This document shows, piece after piece, positions 40,433 to 49,315 of a stretch of 64,000 nucleotides of DNA (the first letter of the stretch is position 1; every line of letters begins with the position of its first letter). The stretch is from positions 26,045 to 90,044 of IMG/VR virus record IMGVR_UViG_3300044818_000015. The stretch is one strand, 5' to 3'. Below the pieces are notes generated by a model, which saw only the letters and a list, made by a program, of their open reading frames with translations, made no database searches and was not told the DNA's origin. A program made the translations under genes and the position numbers. Origin of the DNA: a virus.

Positions 40433-41674
40433 TTAGCCGATAACGCGGCAGCCCCAATCCTTTCGGGGTGCGACCCAGCCGTACATAATGTCGCATCTGT
40501 ACGCGAAAAGGTCGTTCACGATGTCGTACTGCGCAATCGAGCGGATGCTCATCCCGGTGTCGGGATCGGTGGCGCGCTTGGCCATTTCGACCGCTTGCGG
40601 CAGAACCAGCGGCACGCACGCCCAGGCATACGCTTCCTTGTGGAAAGCCAGGCCCTGCGGGCTCAGAATGCTGGTGCTGGTAGCGTTGCCGAAGATCAGG
40701 ATCGCGCCGTTATCCGGTATCGCCACCGAGCAGGTAGCGTAGGGATTCGGATGCGCCGGATCGCCGACCAGGGCAACCGGCGGATAGAAATTCACCGTGG
40801 CCGCGCCGGCTCCATCCGAATTCACGTCACTGAGGACCGTGAACTGGCGGAGGTCGGAGAGCGTGTCACCCGATACCGCGTTGACCGCGTACACCGTAGC
40901 CTGAGTGAAGATGTCGCCGGCCTTGAAGACCACCGAGCTGGCGGTGCAGCCGTCGATGGCCATGGAGCTGCCCGACGCGACCGCCCCGTTGACCAGGATG
41001 GAGGCGCCGCCGGCAAAGGTTCCTTCGGTGTGGGTGCGGACGTTCTGCGCCAGCAGCCAATCAAAGCCTGCCGCCGTGCCCATACGCCCTTTTACATACT
41101 GCCGCTTAATCTGTTCGGAACTCTGGAAAAGCGACTTTAGCGCGTCGACGATCGGTGACTGGAACTTCGGCGGAATCACTACGAAGCGTTCGCCGTCCAT
41201 GGGGGTGGAATTGCGGTCGAGCGCCTCGCCCGCCTGCGTGTACAGCAGGAAGGTGGCCGGCGTGACACCGAGAGTGCCCACCGAATTGGGAGTCTGGCGA
41301 TAGGCCAGGGTCAGGCCGCTGACTTCCGCGGCGTTGGCGAGCGCGACGGACGCGCTTTCGAGATAGCGCTCGCCGATCCGGTCGATCGACAAGGTACGCT
41401 CGGCCGAGTCGAAGCTGAACGCGGTGTGCTTGCGTTCGTTGATGACCAGCGGGATCTTGCGCTCTTCGACGTCCTGGAGAACCAGGGTTGCGCCATCGGT
41501 GGCGGCGAAGCGCACGGGATCACGCAGGCTGAGAGTATCGCCAATTTTGGCGCCGGCCTTCGCAAAGTGCTCCGAGTAGTCCTCGTGATGCACGACTTTG
41601 GCGAAGCCGAGGTTGTTCTTGAACCGCCGCAGGAGTTCGTTGGTGATCACCTGCGGGGTGAGGATGGTATTCAC
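40433..41674 (-). CDS. major capsid protein (P22 gp5-like)
   Basis: KIGDTLSLR.P.RF, G.AAGFDW...QN, LAFHKEA, YDI.ND....R.D.MYG motifs. Confidence 0.9.
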   Translation of the reverse strand: MNTILTPQVITNELLRRFKNNLGFAKVVHHEDYSEHFAKAGAKIGDTLSLRDPVRFAATDGATLVLQDVEERKIPLVINERKHTAFSFDSAERTLSIDRIGERYLESASVALANAAEVSGLTLAYRQTPNSVGTLGVTPATFLLYTQAGEALDRNSTPMDGERFVVIPPKFQSPIVDALKSLFQSSEQIKRQYVKGRMGTAAGFDWLLAQNVRTHTEGTFAGGASILVNGAVASGSSMAIDGCTASSVVFKAGDIFTQATVYAVNAVSGDTLSDLRQFTVLSDVNSDGAGAATVNFYPPVALVGDPAHPNPYATCSVAIPDNGAILIFGNATSTSILSPQGLAFHKEAYAWACVPLVLPQAVEMAKRATDPDTGMSIRSIAQYDIVNDLFAYRCDIMYGWVAPRKDWGCRVIG

Positions 41675-41678
41675 GTTG

Positions 41679-42755
41679 TTACCTTTTGCCGCTAGCGGCG
41701 AGCTGCTTGTCCCTCTCCTTCAGCCATTTCGCGGTGTCCTTCGCGTCTTCGTCGTTCAGAATGTCGAACGGCGCCGGCGGAGAACCGCCCCGGATCTGGG
41801 TAGGAGGCTTCGAAGCGCTGGTTACTGTCTTGGGTTTCGGTGGTGTTGCAGCAGTTGGTGTGACTTTGGGCGGGGCGGCTCTGCCCGGCGATGTGAGCTT
41901 GGCGCGAATGAGGCCTAACTCCATCCCGGCGCGAGCCATCGCCGCGGCGAGCTCTTGCTGATTGGTGGCAAGAGTGAGCTTGGCAATCCGTACGGATTCC
42001 TCGGGATGCCCTGCCAGATAGACGGCAATCTCGGTGCCCGCTTCCGGGTCCATCCGCATGACCGCCTCCATGGCAGCGTTGATCTGAACATCCTTGGCCG
42101 CTTCCATGACTTGTTTGAAGTCCGGAAAACGGGAGGCCGCTTTGTCCCAGTCAGCCGCCGCTGCGGCTTTGGCGTGCTCCAGGTTGAGCTGCGTGCGCTG
42201 CTCTTCGAGGGCGGTTTGTATCGCCTTGGCCGTTTCGGCTTTATTGAAGGCCTTGGTCGCCTTCTCGTACTGGTCCCACGCAGATTCGTCCTCGTTGTCT
42301 TCGAAGTCCCTGAGCATCGGAGCCGCGGCTTCTTCAACCGCTTCCACTTCTTCGGTAGCGGACACAACTTCCGCTTCTGCTTCCTCTGCAACCTCGGCCG
42401 GGGGTTTGCCCCGATCAGCGAGTTGAGATTTGAGCGCCGTGATTTCGCCCGTAAGTTTCCGCATGCGCCGTTCGATCCCTTTGTTGGGTTTCCCGGCGGG
42501 CTTCTCGTCTTCGAGTTCTTCCTCTTCCTCTTCTGCGTCGTCCTGCTGCGCTTCTTCCCCGGTACCCGACTCCGCGGCAATTTGGCGGGCTATTGCAGCC
42601 TGCTCGGATGACGGCGTGTCTTCTTTGCCCGCCGCGGGCAGTTCTTGTTCATCGGTCGAGGCCTGGCCGCCGCCGGCATTGCGAAAGGCTTCGAATGCTG
42701 CGTAGTCTTCCGGTATGTCGGTAGTGGCGTCCTGCTCGATTACTTCTTGGGCCAT
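41679..42755 (-). CDS. scaffolding protein
   Basis: Acidic; GIERRMRKLT coiled coil; FPDF..V, Y.A.HPEE; directly before coat gene. Confidence 0.8.
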   Translation of the reverse strand: MAQEVIEQDATTDIPEDYAAFEAFRNAGGGQASTDEQELPAAGKEDTPSSEQAAIARQIAAESGTGEEAQQDDAEEEEEELEDEKPAGKPNKGIERRMRKLTGEITALKSQLADRGKPPAEVAEEAEAEVVSATEEVEAVEEAAAPMLRDFEDNEDESAWDQYEKATKAFNKAETAKAIQTALEEQRTQLNLEHAKAAAAADWDKAASRFPDFKQVMEAAKDVQINAAMEAVMRMDPEAGTEIAVYLAGHPEESVRIAKLTLATNQQELAAAMARAGMELGLIRAKLTSPGRAAPPKVTPTAATPPKPKTVTSASKPPTQIRGGSPPAPFDILNDEDAKDTAKWLKERDKQLAASGKR

Positions 42756-42830
42756 AACGTGTGTTTCTCCAGTTGGGGATTAGCGCGGTCTACTCGCTCG
42801 AAGGAGCTTGCGGGCCGCTACGCTCTAAAC

Positions 42831-43002
42831 TTTTTGGATTGGAACAATCTACTCGCGGGGCGCGGCGTTACCAGGGGGCTGCGTCCATGCGCTTCAGGCG
42901 GTGTCAAAACTTGGATCATGCCGAACGACGGACACGAAGCACCCGGAAAGCCGTCCGGCGTAGAATCTACCGGCGGAGCAACGGAGCGCGCGCCCGAAGA
43001 AA
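42831..43002 (-). repeat. bipartite intergenic repeat, copy 2, with longer spacer
   Basis: Both halves match 36843-36952. Confidence 0.85.
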
Positions 43003-43013
43003 CAGTACAGGGC

Positions 43014-46000
43014 TTACCGGCGGACGCTGCCACCGATGGCCGCGGCGCCAGAAACCTGGGTCATCGCGCCGAATGGGGCCATGTTGATCTCCGCGAATCC
43101 TTTTAGATCTTCGGTAGTAAAGATCGTTCCACCGCTCGTGTACGCCCCGTTGCCCGCCACGGCAAGCGCGACCCCCGGCCAGGACTGCACCGCGAAGGAC
43201 TGACCGAGTTGATCCGTGTTGAATATGGTGCTCACTGGCGTGCTGGCTGGACAGGCGAAGGTAAACGTAGTGCTGGTTGGAGCACCCGTCACAGCGTACG
43301 TGGACGGCGTGATTCCATCAGTGTTGGATAAATGACTGTCGGGGGCTCCCCACATCGAGATCTTCCACCCGGCCACGAGATTATGGGCAACCGTCGTGGT
43401 CGTCGTGCAGACCGTTGCAGTCCCGTCGCTGGTGATGCTGGTCAGCGTTCCCGGCAGATTCAGCCGGAACGAGCCACCCGAACAAGCCGTAGCGCAGATC
43501 GTCGCGTACACCGAAGTGTCCAGGGTGTAGTTGCTGGCATCCACGACGGTGACAACCCACTGGGTATTGAGCGCCGCCTTGTTGGTGCCGTACACCTGAG
43601 CCGTTTGCCCAGTCAGCAAGCCATGGTTCGTGGCTGTGATTTGGACGAGGCCGCCGCTCGAAGAATAGCTATCGATTACCACCACGAACGGCATCGGATC
43701 GAACCGTGACCATGTTTGCCGCGGCAGAACTGCCGAGAGCGCCGTGTTGGTCACGTTCGCGGCCGTGTTGCCGCCGACGCTTGCCACTGTGACTTTATCG
43801 CCAGCGGCGTACGAGGTATCTGACGTGGTGATGATCCACGTCGGATTCTGGCCGTTGCCGCTCACGCTGATGATCGGTATGCTGATCGGCTTGAAAGCCA
43901 GCCAGATGCGCGGCTGCTGCGCCATGGTTGCGCTGAGGTAGCGGTATACAGAGGTCGCGCCGTTAGTCGTAACCCGATCCGTCGAGGAGCAAGTTGTCGT
44001 CCCGCTCTGGCAGAGTCCGGCAGAAAACCCGAGAGTCTTCATGGACCCCACCGTCGAGTAGCGCATCTCGTACGTGACTATCTGCGTTTTCGGGGCGGTC
44101 CAGGTGATGTCGTACCCCTGCGTCCCACTCGGGGTGACCGCGTGGGCCGTCACGTCTGCGGCCGTAAATCGAGCGGGCGACCAAGACGCCACGCGCGCGT
44201 GGATCAACTCTTCCGGTTCGCCGGTAGCGGCTTCCATTGTGATTGGGGAGATGTAGAGATCCTGGCCGGATGCAATACGCTCCTTGCATGTTATGACCTG
44301 GAAGTCCAGATAGAATGTCCCCATCCGGTCGAAGAAGTGGGACTTTCCCTTCCAGGCGAACGGCATCCCCTGCCACTGCGGGTCATTTGGGTAATCGAAA
44401 GCCGTGTCGCCTGCACTAACCGTGTGGCTGGGCGCTACGGTGAAGGCGTATTTATGCCATTGATCACTATAATTAGCCGGGTCTAAATCGTTGTATTGAT
44501 GGTTGCCTTGCGTTTGCCCCGACCCTGGCGCTTGCCAGTAGGTCCCTACCTCCATCGCCGAGTCGCTCCCGCACGGGACTAGATTCTTACCCCATTTCAC
44601 CCAAAACACCCAGCGGTTGGTAGTTGCCGGATCGAAACCGCTAAAGTTCTTAATCATGCGCGGAAACATCGGGTAGATCTGTCCAGGCGCTGTAAACAGC
44701 GTGTAGGCGACGGTGGTGAACTGGACGCCCACGAAGGCTGGTCTGGTATACCAATCGGTGACCCCTGGCAGCGTCGTAGTGCTGTTGTAGTCGCCGTCTG
44801 GGTAGCCCGGAATGTTGACGGTGATCCGCGTGACGTTGGAGCCGTCTGCCGGACCATCGATCGACCGGACGACGTAGGCGCGGTTCAGCCCGTTCCACCA
44901 AACATTCTCCGTTGCGCCTGCGGAGCCAGTCGATTGCACCACGCCAATGGACTGCGCCCCGGTTATTGAAACCGTCCAAGCGCCATGATCCAATGCACCG
45001 GAGAAAGGAACCCCGATATCGTGGCATCGGTCGTCATAGCCGCTCACTGAAACCCAATGGCCTGCGGTATGGGCGTTGTCGAAGACGCAGGCGATTAAGC
45101 CGACATCCGCGATGGTGGCAGTGCCGGATGTTCCGCAGCCCGACTGGCAGACGCCGATCACGCCGCCAACGTCGAACGGCTGGATCTTCCCGACAGTACT
45201 GGTGCCGGGGATGTACTTCACGAGGTGGCCGGTGGTTGTGCCCGTCGAATCGTTGACCGCGGTCAGCGTGTGCGTCGTCGCGCCCGCCGTGTCCGTGATG
45301 TTTCTCAGCCAGACGGGCGTGCCCACGACGACGTTCTGGCTGCTCGGATTGGCATAGGGGAAGGCCGTCCCAAACGTGATCGTGCCGACGCCGCCAGTGA
45401 TGGTAAACGCAGAAATATTGTTCAGGTTCCCGCTCGTCGTCGGCTGGCCAGGCTCAGGAGTCAACCGCTGCATCGAGCATTCCAACTCGTGCGTAGTGTC
45501 GGGGCATCCAGGGAGAGCCACCTTGAACAGTCCATCGGATGTCACGGTGCCCTTCGAACTCCAGCTCTGGACGTTGTATCGCAGCGGGTAAAAGCCGTTA
45601 TCCGGCGACAAGTTGAAATCCGTGATGAAGGCGCGAGAGATTAGCAGGGTTTGCCCGGTGAACGAGCCGAATGCCGAACTGTCAAACTTAGAATTGGCGC
45701 TTGAGTAAAGTTCAAAGTGGGTTGCATCCACGTACCTTGCGAAGAACAACTTCTTCGTCTGATCGGAACCGATGCTGGCCCACGCCCCGGTTGCCCCCAT
45801 GATCTGAATGTTCCACTCCATCCGCGTAGTGGGGGTGTCGAAGCTGATTCTCGCTGCGGCATTTGTGGAGACGGACTTGCCGATGCCTGTAGCGCCGGGG
45901 GTCCGATACATCAAAAACATTTGCCGGGTCTGCCACGACGTACCACCAGTGAAGGTGGCGTGCGCTACAGTAGCGTTACTGTAAAACACCCCCTTCAAAT

Positions 46001-46325
46001 AGCCGCTGTCATTTATGGCATGGTACAAATGCCATGTGCTGTCTTGCATACTGTTGCCAAGCAGGACTTGATACGGGGTTCCCTGCGTCAGGCTCGTGAC
46101 GAAGGTGTATGTAGTTCCGTCGATAGTGATGGTGTCTCCAGCATTAGCATTGGTATCCAGCGTTAGGACCACAAAGGGGCGCATATTGAACCCGTGCGCG
46201 GACGGGCACGTCACAACTGCGGGGTTGGCGTTGGAAACGGATGCTGGCACAGAGCAGGCGAAGTCCTCGATAGTCTGCGCCGTGCCCCTGATGCACCACA
46301 GTGCGCTAAGTAAGAGAAACTTCAC
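43014..46325 (-). CDS. large beta-rich multi-domain protein with signal peptide
   Basis: MKFLLLSALWCIRGTAQ; repeated FCCH-like units (SNANPAVVT...HG; HGLLTGQ; HNLVAGW). Confidence 0.75.
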   Translation of the reverse strand: MKFLLLSALWCIRGTAQTIEDFACSVPASVSNANPAVVTCPSAHGFNMRPFVVLTLDTNANAGDTITIDGTTYTFVTSLTQGTPYQVLLGNSMQDSTWHLYHAINDSGYLKGVFYSNATVAHATFTGGTSWQTRQMFLMYRTPGATGIGKSVSTNAAARISFDTPTTRMEWNIQIMGATGAWASIGSDQTKKLFFARYVDATHFELYSSANSKFDSSAFGSFTGQTLLISRAFITDFNLSPDNGFYPLRYNVQSWSSKGTVTSDGLFKVALPGCPDTTHELECSMQRLTPEPGQPTTSGNLNNISAFTITGGVGTITFGTAFPYANPSSQNVVVGTPVWLRNITDTAGATTHTLTAVNDSTGTTTGHLVKYIPGTSTVGKIQPFDVGGVIGVCQSGCGTSGTATIADVGLIACVFDNAHTAGHWVSVSGYDDRCHDIGVPFSGALDHGAWTVSITGAQSIGVVQSTGSAGATENVWWNGLNRAYVVRSIDGPADGSNVTRITVNIPGYPDGDYNSTTTLPGVTDWYTRPAFVGVQFTTVAYTLFTAPGQIYPMFPRMIKNFSGFDPATTNRWVFWVKWGKNLVPCGSDSAMEVGTYWQAPGSGQTQGNHQYNDLDPANYSDQWHKYAFTVAPSHTVSAGDTAFDYPNDPQWQGMPFAWKGKSHFFDRMGTFYLDFQVITCKERIASGQDLYISPITMEAATGEPEELIHARVASWSPARFTAADVTAHAVTPSGTQGYDITWTAPKTQIVTYEMRYSTVGSMKTLGFSAGLCQSGTTTCSSTDRVTTNGATSVYRYLSATMAQQPRIWLAFKPISIPIISVSGNGQNPTWIITTSDTSYAAGDKVTVASVGGNTAANVTNTALSAVLPRQTWSRFDPMPFVVVIDSYSSSGGLVQITATNHGLLTGQTAQVYGTNKAALNTQWVVTVVDASNYTLDTSVYATICATACSGGSFRLNLPGTLTSITSDGTATVCTTTTTVAHNLVAGWKISMWGAPDSHLSNTDGITPSTYAVTGAPTSTTFTFACPASTPVSTIFNTDQLGQSFAVQSWPGVALAVAGNGAYTSGGTIFTTEDLKGFAEINMAPFGAMTQVSGAAAIGGSVRR

Positions 46326-46331
46326 TCGTAG

Positions 46332-47315
46332 TTACCTCGTTAATCCAGAAATCCGCATGCCCCAGTAGTCCACGTAAATGTCCCTGGCTGCTGTGGTCAA
46401 GGTCTTCACAAAAAACGACGGCGTCATGTCATTGGTCACGCTGGTCGCAATGCTCACCGCTGTTGAATACGCCCCGCCGTCCGTGCTGATCCGGCACTTG
46501 AGCGTGCCCGCAACGTCGCTGTAAATCAGAATTTTGTACCAGTGGCCGACAGTCGGCGTGACCGTGGTGTCCACCGACGTGCAAGTCGGCGTCTGGTCGC
46601 ACGATTTGAGGTAGAAGTTAGCAGCGTTGGCGTTGCCCGCGGCTAACTCCACCATATGACTATCCTTGGAGAGATCGATGGTCCCATTCTGCGCGTTGAA
46701 ATAGCCGACGCGAATAACCGTAGAGGCAGTGGCGACCGACGTAATGGGCTGGATAATAAAGGGCGACACCCAACTGCCAATAGCGCTCAGATCGGGGAAC
46801 AGGTTGTAACCGGTTCCTGTGCTGCCCAAGTAAATCTGGCAGGTATTGTTTGTGCTGGTCCCCGTCTTGAGTTGGCCAAGTCCCGGATGGTTGACTAGAG
46901 CCGCATTATTGCCTCCCGGCATCGTTACCGATCCCGTGCAATTGACAATCCAGCCATGCGTACCAAAGGTGGTAGAGGTTCCGTTAGAGATTGGGAAATC
47001 CTCGACCATGATGAAGTCCGTAATCGGAAGTCCCGTTACGGTGCTGTCGCCCGAGAGGAGTTGGCCGTAGGTGGGCGTGGAAGAAACGGTACTTGCCCAC
47101 GCAGTTCCGTTGCTCCAGCACAGCACCTTTGTAGACCCGCCGCCCGTCACGCAGTCTGCGGATGAAGCTCCGTCCGACACTTCAAACAAGCGCCCCGCAT
47201 TTGAGGAGGCGGTCGGCAGTGCGGCGACGGTAGTGATGGGCAGACCCAGCCCATTTGTAAAGGCCGTCTGCCCAAAGGCTGAGGCCGCGAGTGCGAGAAG
47301 AAGTAGAGTTTTCAT
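46332..47315 (-). CDS. lectin-like beta-sandwich protein with signal peptide
   Basis: MKTLLLLALAASAFGQ; W(Y)KILI...IYVDY C-terminal pattern. Confidence 0.7.
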   Translation of the reverse strand: MKTLLLLALAASAFGQTAFTNGLGLPITTVAALPTASSNAGRLFEVSDGASSADCVTGGGSTKVLCWSNGTAWASTVSSTPTYGQLLSGDSTVTGLPITDFIMVEDFPISNGTSTTFGTHGWIVNCTGSVTMPGGNNAALVNHPGLGQLKTGTSTNNTCQIYLGSTGTGYNLFPDLSAIGSWVSPFIIQPITSVATASTVIRVGYFNAQNGTIDLSKDSHMVELAAGNANAANFYLKSCDQTPTCTSVDTTVTPTVGHWYKILIYSDVAGTLKCRISTDGGAYSTAVSIATSVTNDMTPSFFVKTLTTAARDIYVDYWGMRISGLTR

Positions 47316-47319
47316 TAGG

Positions 47320-49071
47320 CTATTTCCCGTATACCGTCCAGTTCGTGCCATTGCAGTAGGCCAACACGTGGTTGGTTGAGCCCCCTGCGACAGTTGCGCC
47401 CCACGTGGAAGTGTTGGAATCCGTCACTCCGCGTGTGCTGCCCTCTGCGCCGGAATTGCACGTCGGCAACGCCGACGCCGCGCCCACCTTGGCTATAGCC
47501 GACCCACCAAAAGAGACGGCCCCGCCCGACGGGTTCAACTGCAATACCTGGGCGCCTGTGCTGATAAGATAAGCATCAACAAAAAAGTCCCCGGAGCTTA
47601 GCGCTCCCAAGGATAGCCGCATCTTGGCGTTGGTCAGGGCGGAAATCGTAAATTGACCGGGATACCCAGAGGTTAACTTGGTAAGGTCTCCGTGACCTGA
47701 AACGTTCATCCCGCGCCCAATTTCGGATGACACCAAGCCATAACCACGAAAGCCTGTTCTCTGCGTCCCGCCTAAGATTGTGGACGTGCCGAGCGTGACT
47801 CCGGAATCATCGTCTACTATTGAGCTAGAGCCGAACAAGAATGACAGCACGAACAAATTGTCATACGATGCCCCATTAAGAGAGTATGCAACAGCCGAAC
47901 CGTCATAGAACGAGTTGGCTATATAGGTTCCAGTTTGGCATTTGGTCAGCTTAATCACTGGGTTGTAGCTATCAACCTCGAACAAATTATTGTTAACCCG
48001 GACTCCGTAGGTATACCCGCCAGAGGCAGCACTTTGGCTACCATCGCATTCAACAGCCACAAGTCCCACACTGTGACGCACGAAGGAGTTTCGCTCAAAC
48101 GTTACATCGTTTGCATTGGCTCGCGCATATAGCCCACGATTCAGGTAGGCGAAAGAGTTGGATTCAATCACGGTGCCATACCCGTTAAATGGAGAGGTTT
48201 GGTCTGGAGGGTCTGGGTAGGAGGCGTTATTGCCCCCCAAAACGATTGCGTCTTGTCCGGGCGCTCCGTTTCCGATAAAGGAGTTGTCCCGAATCTTCAG
48301 GGTTGTATTCGTGCTGTGAACGAAGGGCGCGCCGTAGGTCATGGTCAGTGCGCCATTGCTGTAGGTCCCGTTGCTCACGCCGACCGTAGGGAAGGTGATG
48401 GTCGTTGCCGCCGCTGTTGCGCTGACTGACACGACTTGATTTAAGGCACTCGTGGTGCTCCCACTGATAACCCAGACGGCGTTTTGGAAATGGCCGCTCG
48501 TCAAGGTGCTAGGGAACGTGGCCACCCCAACGTTGCCGGTCACTACAATATTGGTCAACGTGGTGCCCGTCACAGAAAAAGTTAATGGAGTAGACCCATC
48601 AATGATGGTTAGATTATCCATCGTGAACGTCGCTTGAGCTTGTAGTTCGATCTTTGCCCCGAGGTTTCCCTGATAGCGCAGATCGAGCACTGTGGCTCCT
48701 TTGACCATACTGCTGAGTCCAGACCCAACCTCCCACTGCGGCCCCCCTCCCGCACCAGTGAATCTGATGTTGCAGCCACGCGCGGCCGATCCACCCTGCG
48801 TTGATGGGGCGAGTTGCCCGTCAGCCCGATAGGTTGACGTGGACGCCGGGAAATATACCGTCCCACCGCCGACTCCAGAGGCGCAGATAGTCGTTAGCAT
48901 TGCCTGCGCTTGCGTGGTGCGATCTGTCCCGTCAGGCAACCATCCGAGGGATTGCGCGTTATACATTTGAGGGAGTTTGGCAAGAGCTGCGTCGAGAGCC
49001 GAGTAGCTCGTAGCAGGAAACTGCCCGGATGCCTGCACGGCTATCGCTAAAGCAAGTAGAAGGCTTTTCAT
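47320..49071 (-). CDS. pectate-lyase-like beta-helix tailspike with signal peptide
   Basis: MKSLLLALAIAVQASGQ; DG.D.T..Q...GGGTVYFPA..Y motif; N.F ladders. Confidence 0.7.
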   Translation of the reverse strand: MKSLLLALAIAVQASGQFPATSYSALDAALAKLPQMYNAQSLGWLPDGTDRTTQAQAMLTTICASGVGGGTVYFPASTSTYRADGQLAPSTQGGSAARGCNIRFTGAGGGPQWEVGSGLSSMVKGATVLDLRYQGNLGAKIELQAQATFTMDNLTIIDGSTPLTFSVTGTTLTNIVVTGNVGVATFPSTLTSGHFQNAVWVISGSTTSALNQVVSVSATAAATTITFPTVGVSNGTYSNGALTMTYGAPFVHSTNTTLKIRDNSFIGNGAPGQDAIVLGGNNASYPDPPDQTSPFNGYGTVIESNSFAYLNRGLYARANANDVTFERNSFVRHSVGLVAVECDGSQSAASGGYTYGVRVNNNLFEVDSYNPVIKLTKCQTGTYIANSFYDGSAVAYSLNGASYDNLFVLSFLFGSSSIVDDDSGVTLGTSTILGGTQRTGFRGYGLVSSEIGRGMNVSGHGDLTKLTSGYPGQFTISALTNAKMRLSLGALSSGDFFVDAYLISTGAQVLQLNPSGGAVSFGGSAIAKVGAASALPTCNSGAEGSTRGVTDSNTSTWGATVAGGSTNHVLAYCNGTNWTVYGK

Positions 49072-49310
49072 GGAACAATGCCCGCCCATTGCGCAGCGGT
49101 TAGCGCACTCCAAGTCCCATTCGTTATCGCGGCCCAAGAAAGCCCTGATGGGGAGGCGCCTCCACCGAGCGTCACCCTGCCCCCGATTGTGACCCCGCCT
49201 CCGATAGTCTGGGACAGGACCGGAATGATGCGCACGCGGCGAATTGGATGGTTGACGGCATGTGCCAGCGAAGTGCTCGCCATGGCCAAGCCGATGAGTA
49301 TTAATCGCAT
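49068..49310 (-). CDS. small protein with signal peptide
   Basis: MRLILIGLAMASTSLAHA; WAAIT..TWSALT..QW repeat; ATGA coupling. Confidence 0.65.
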   Translation of the reverse strand: MRLILIGLAMASTSLAHAVNHPIRRVRIIPVLSQTIGGGVTIGGRVTLGGGASPSGLSWAAITNGTWSALTAAQWAGIVP

Positions 49311-49315
49311 GCCTG

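Noticed and set aside
33150-43002. Repeats as a CRISPR array
   Set aside because: Copies are kilobases apart, lack regular spacers, and no cas genes are present
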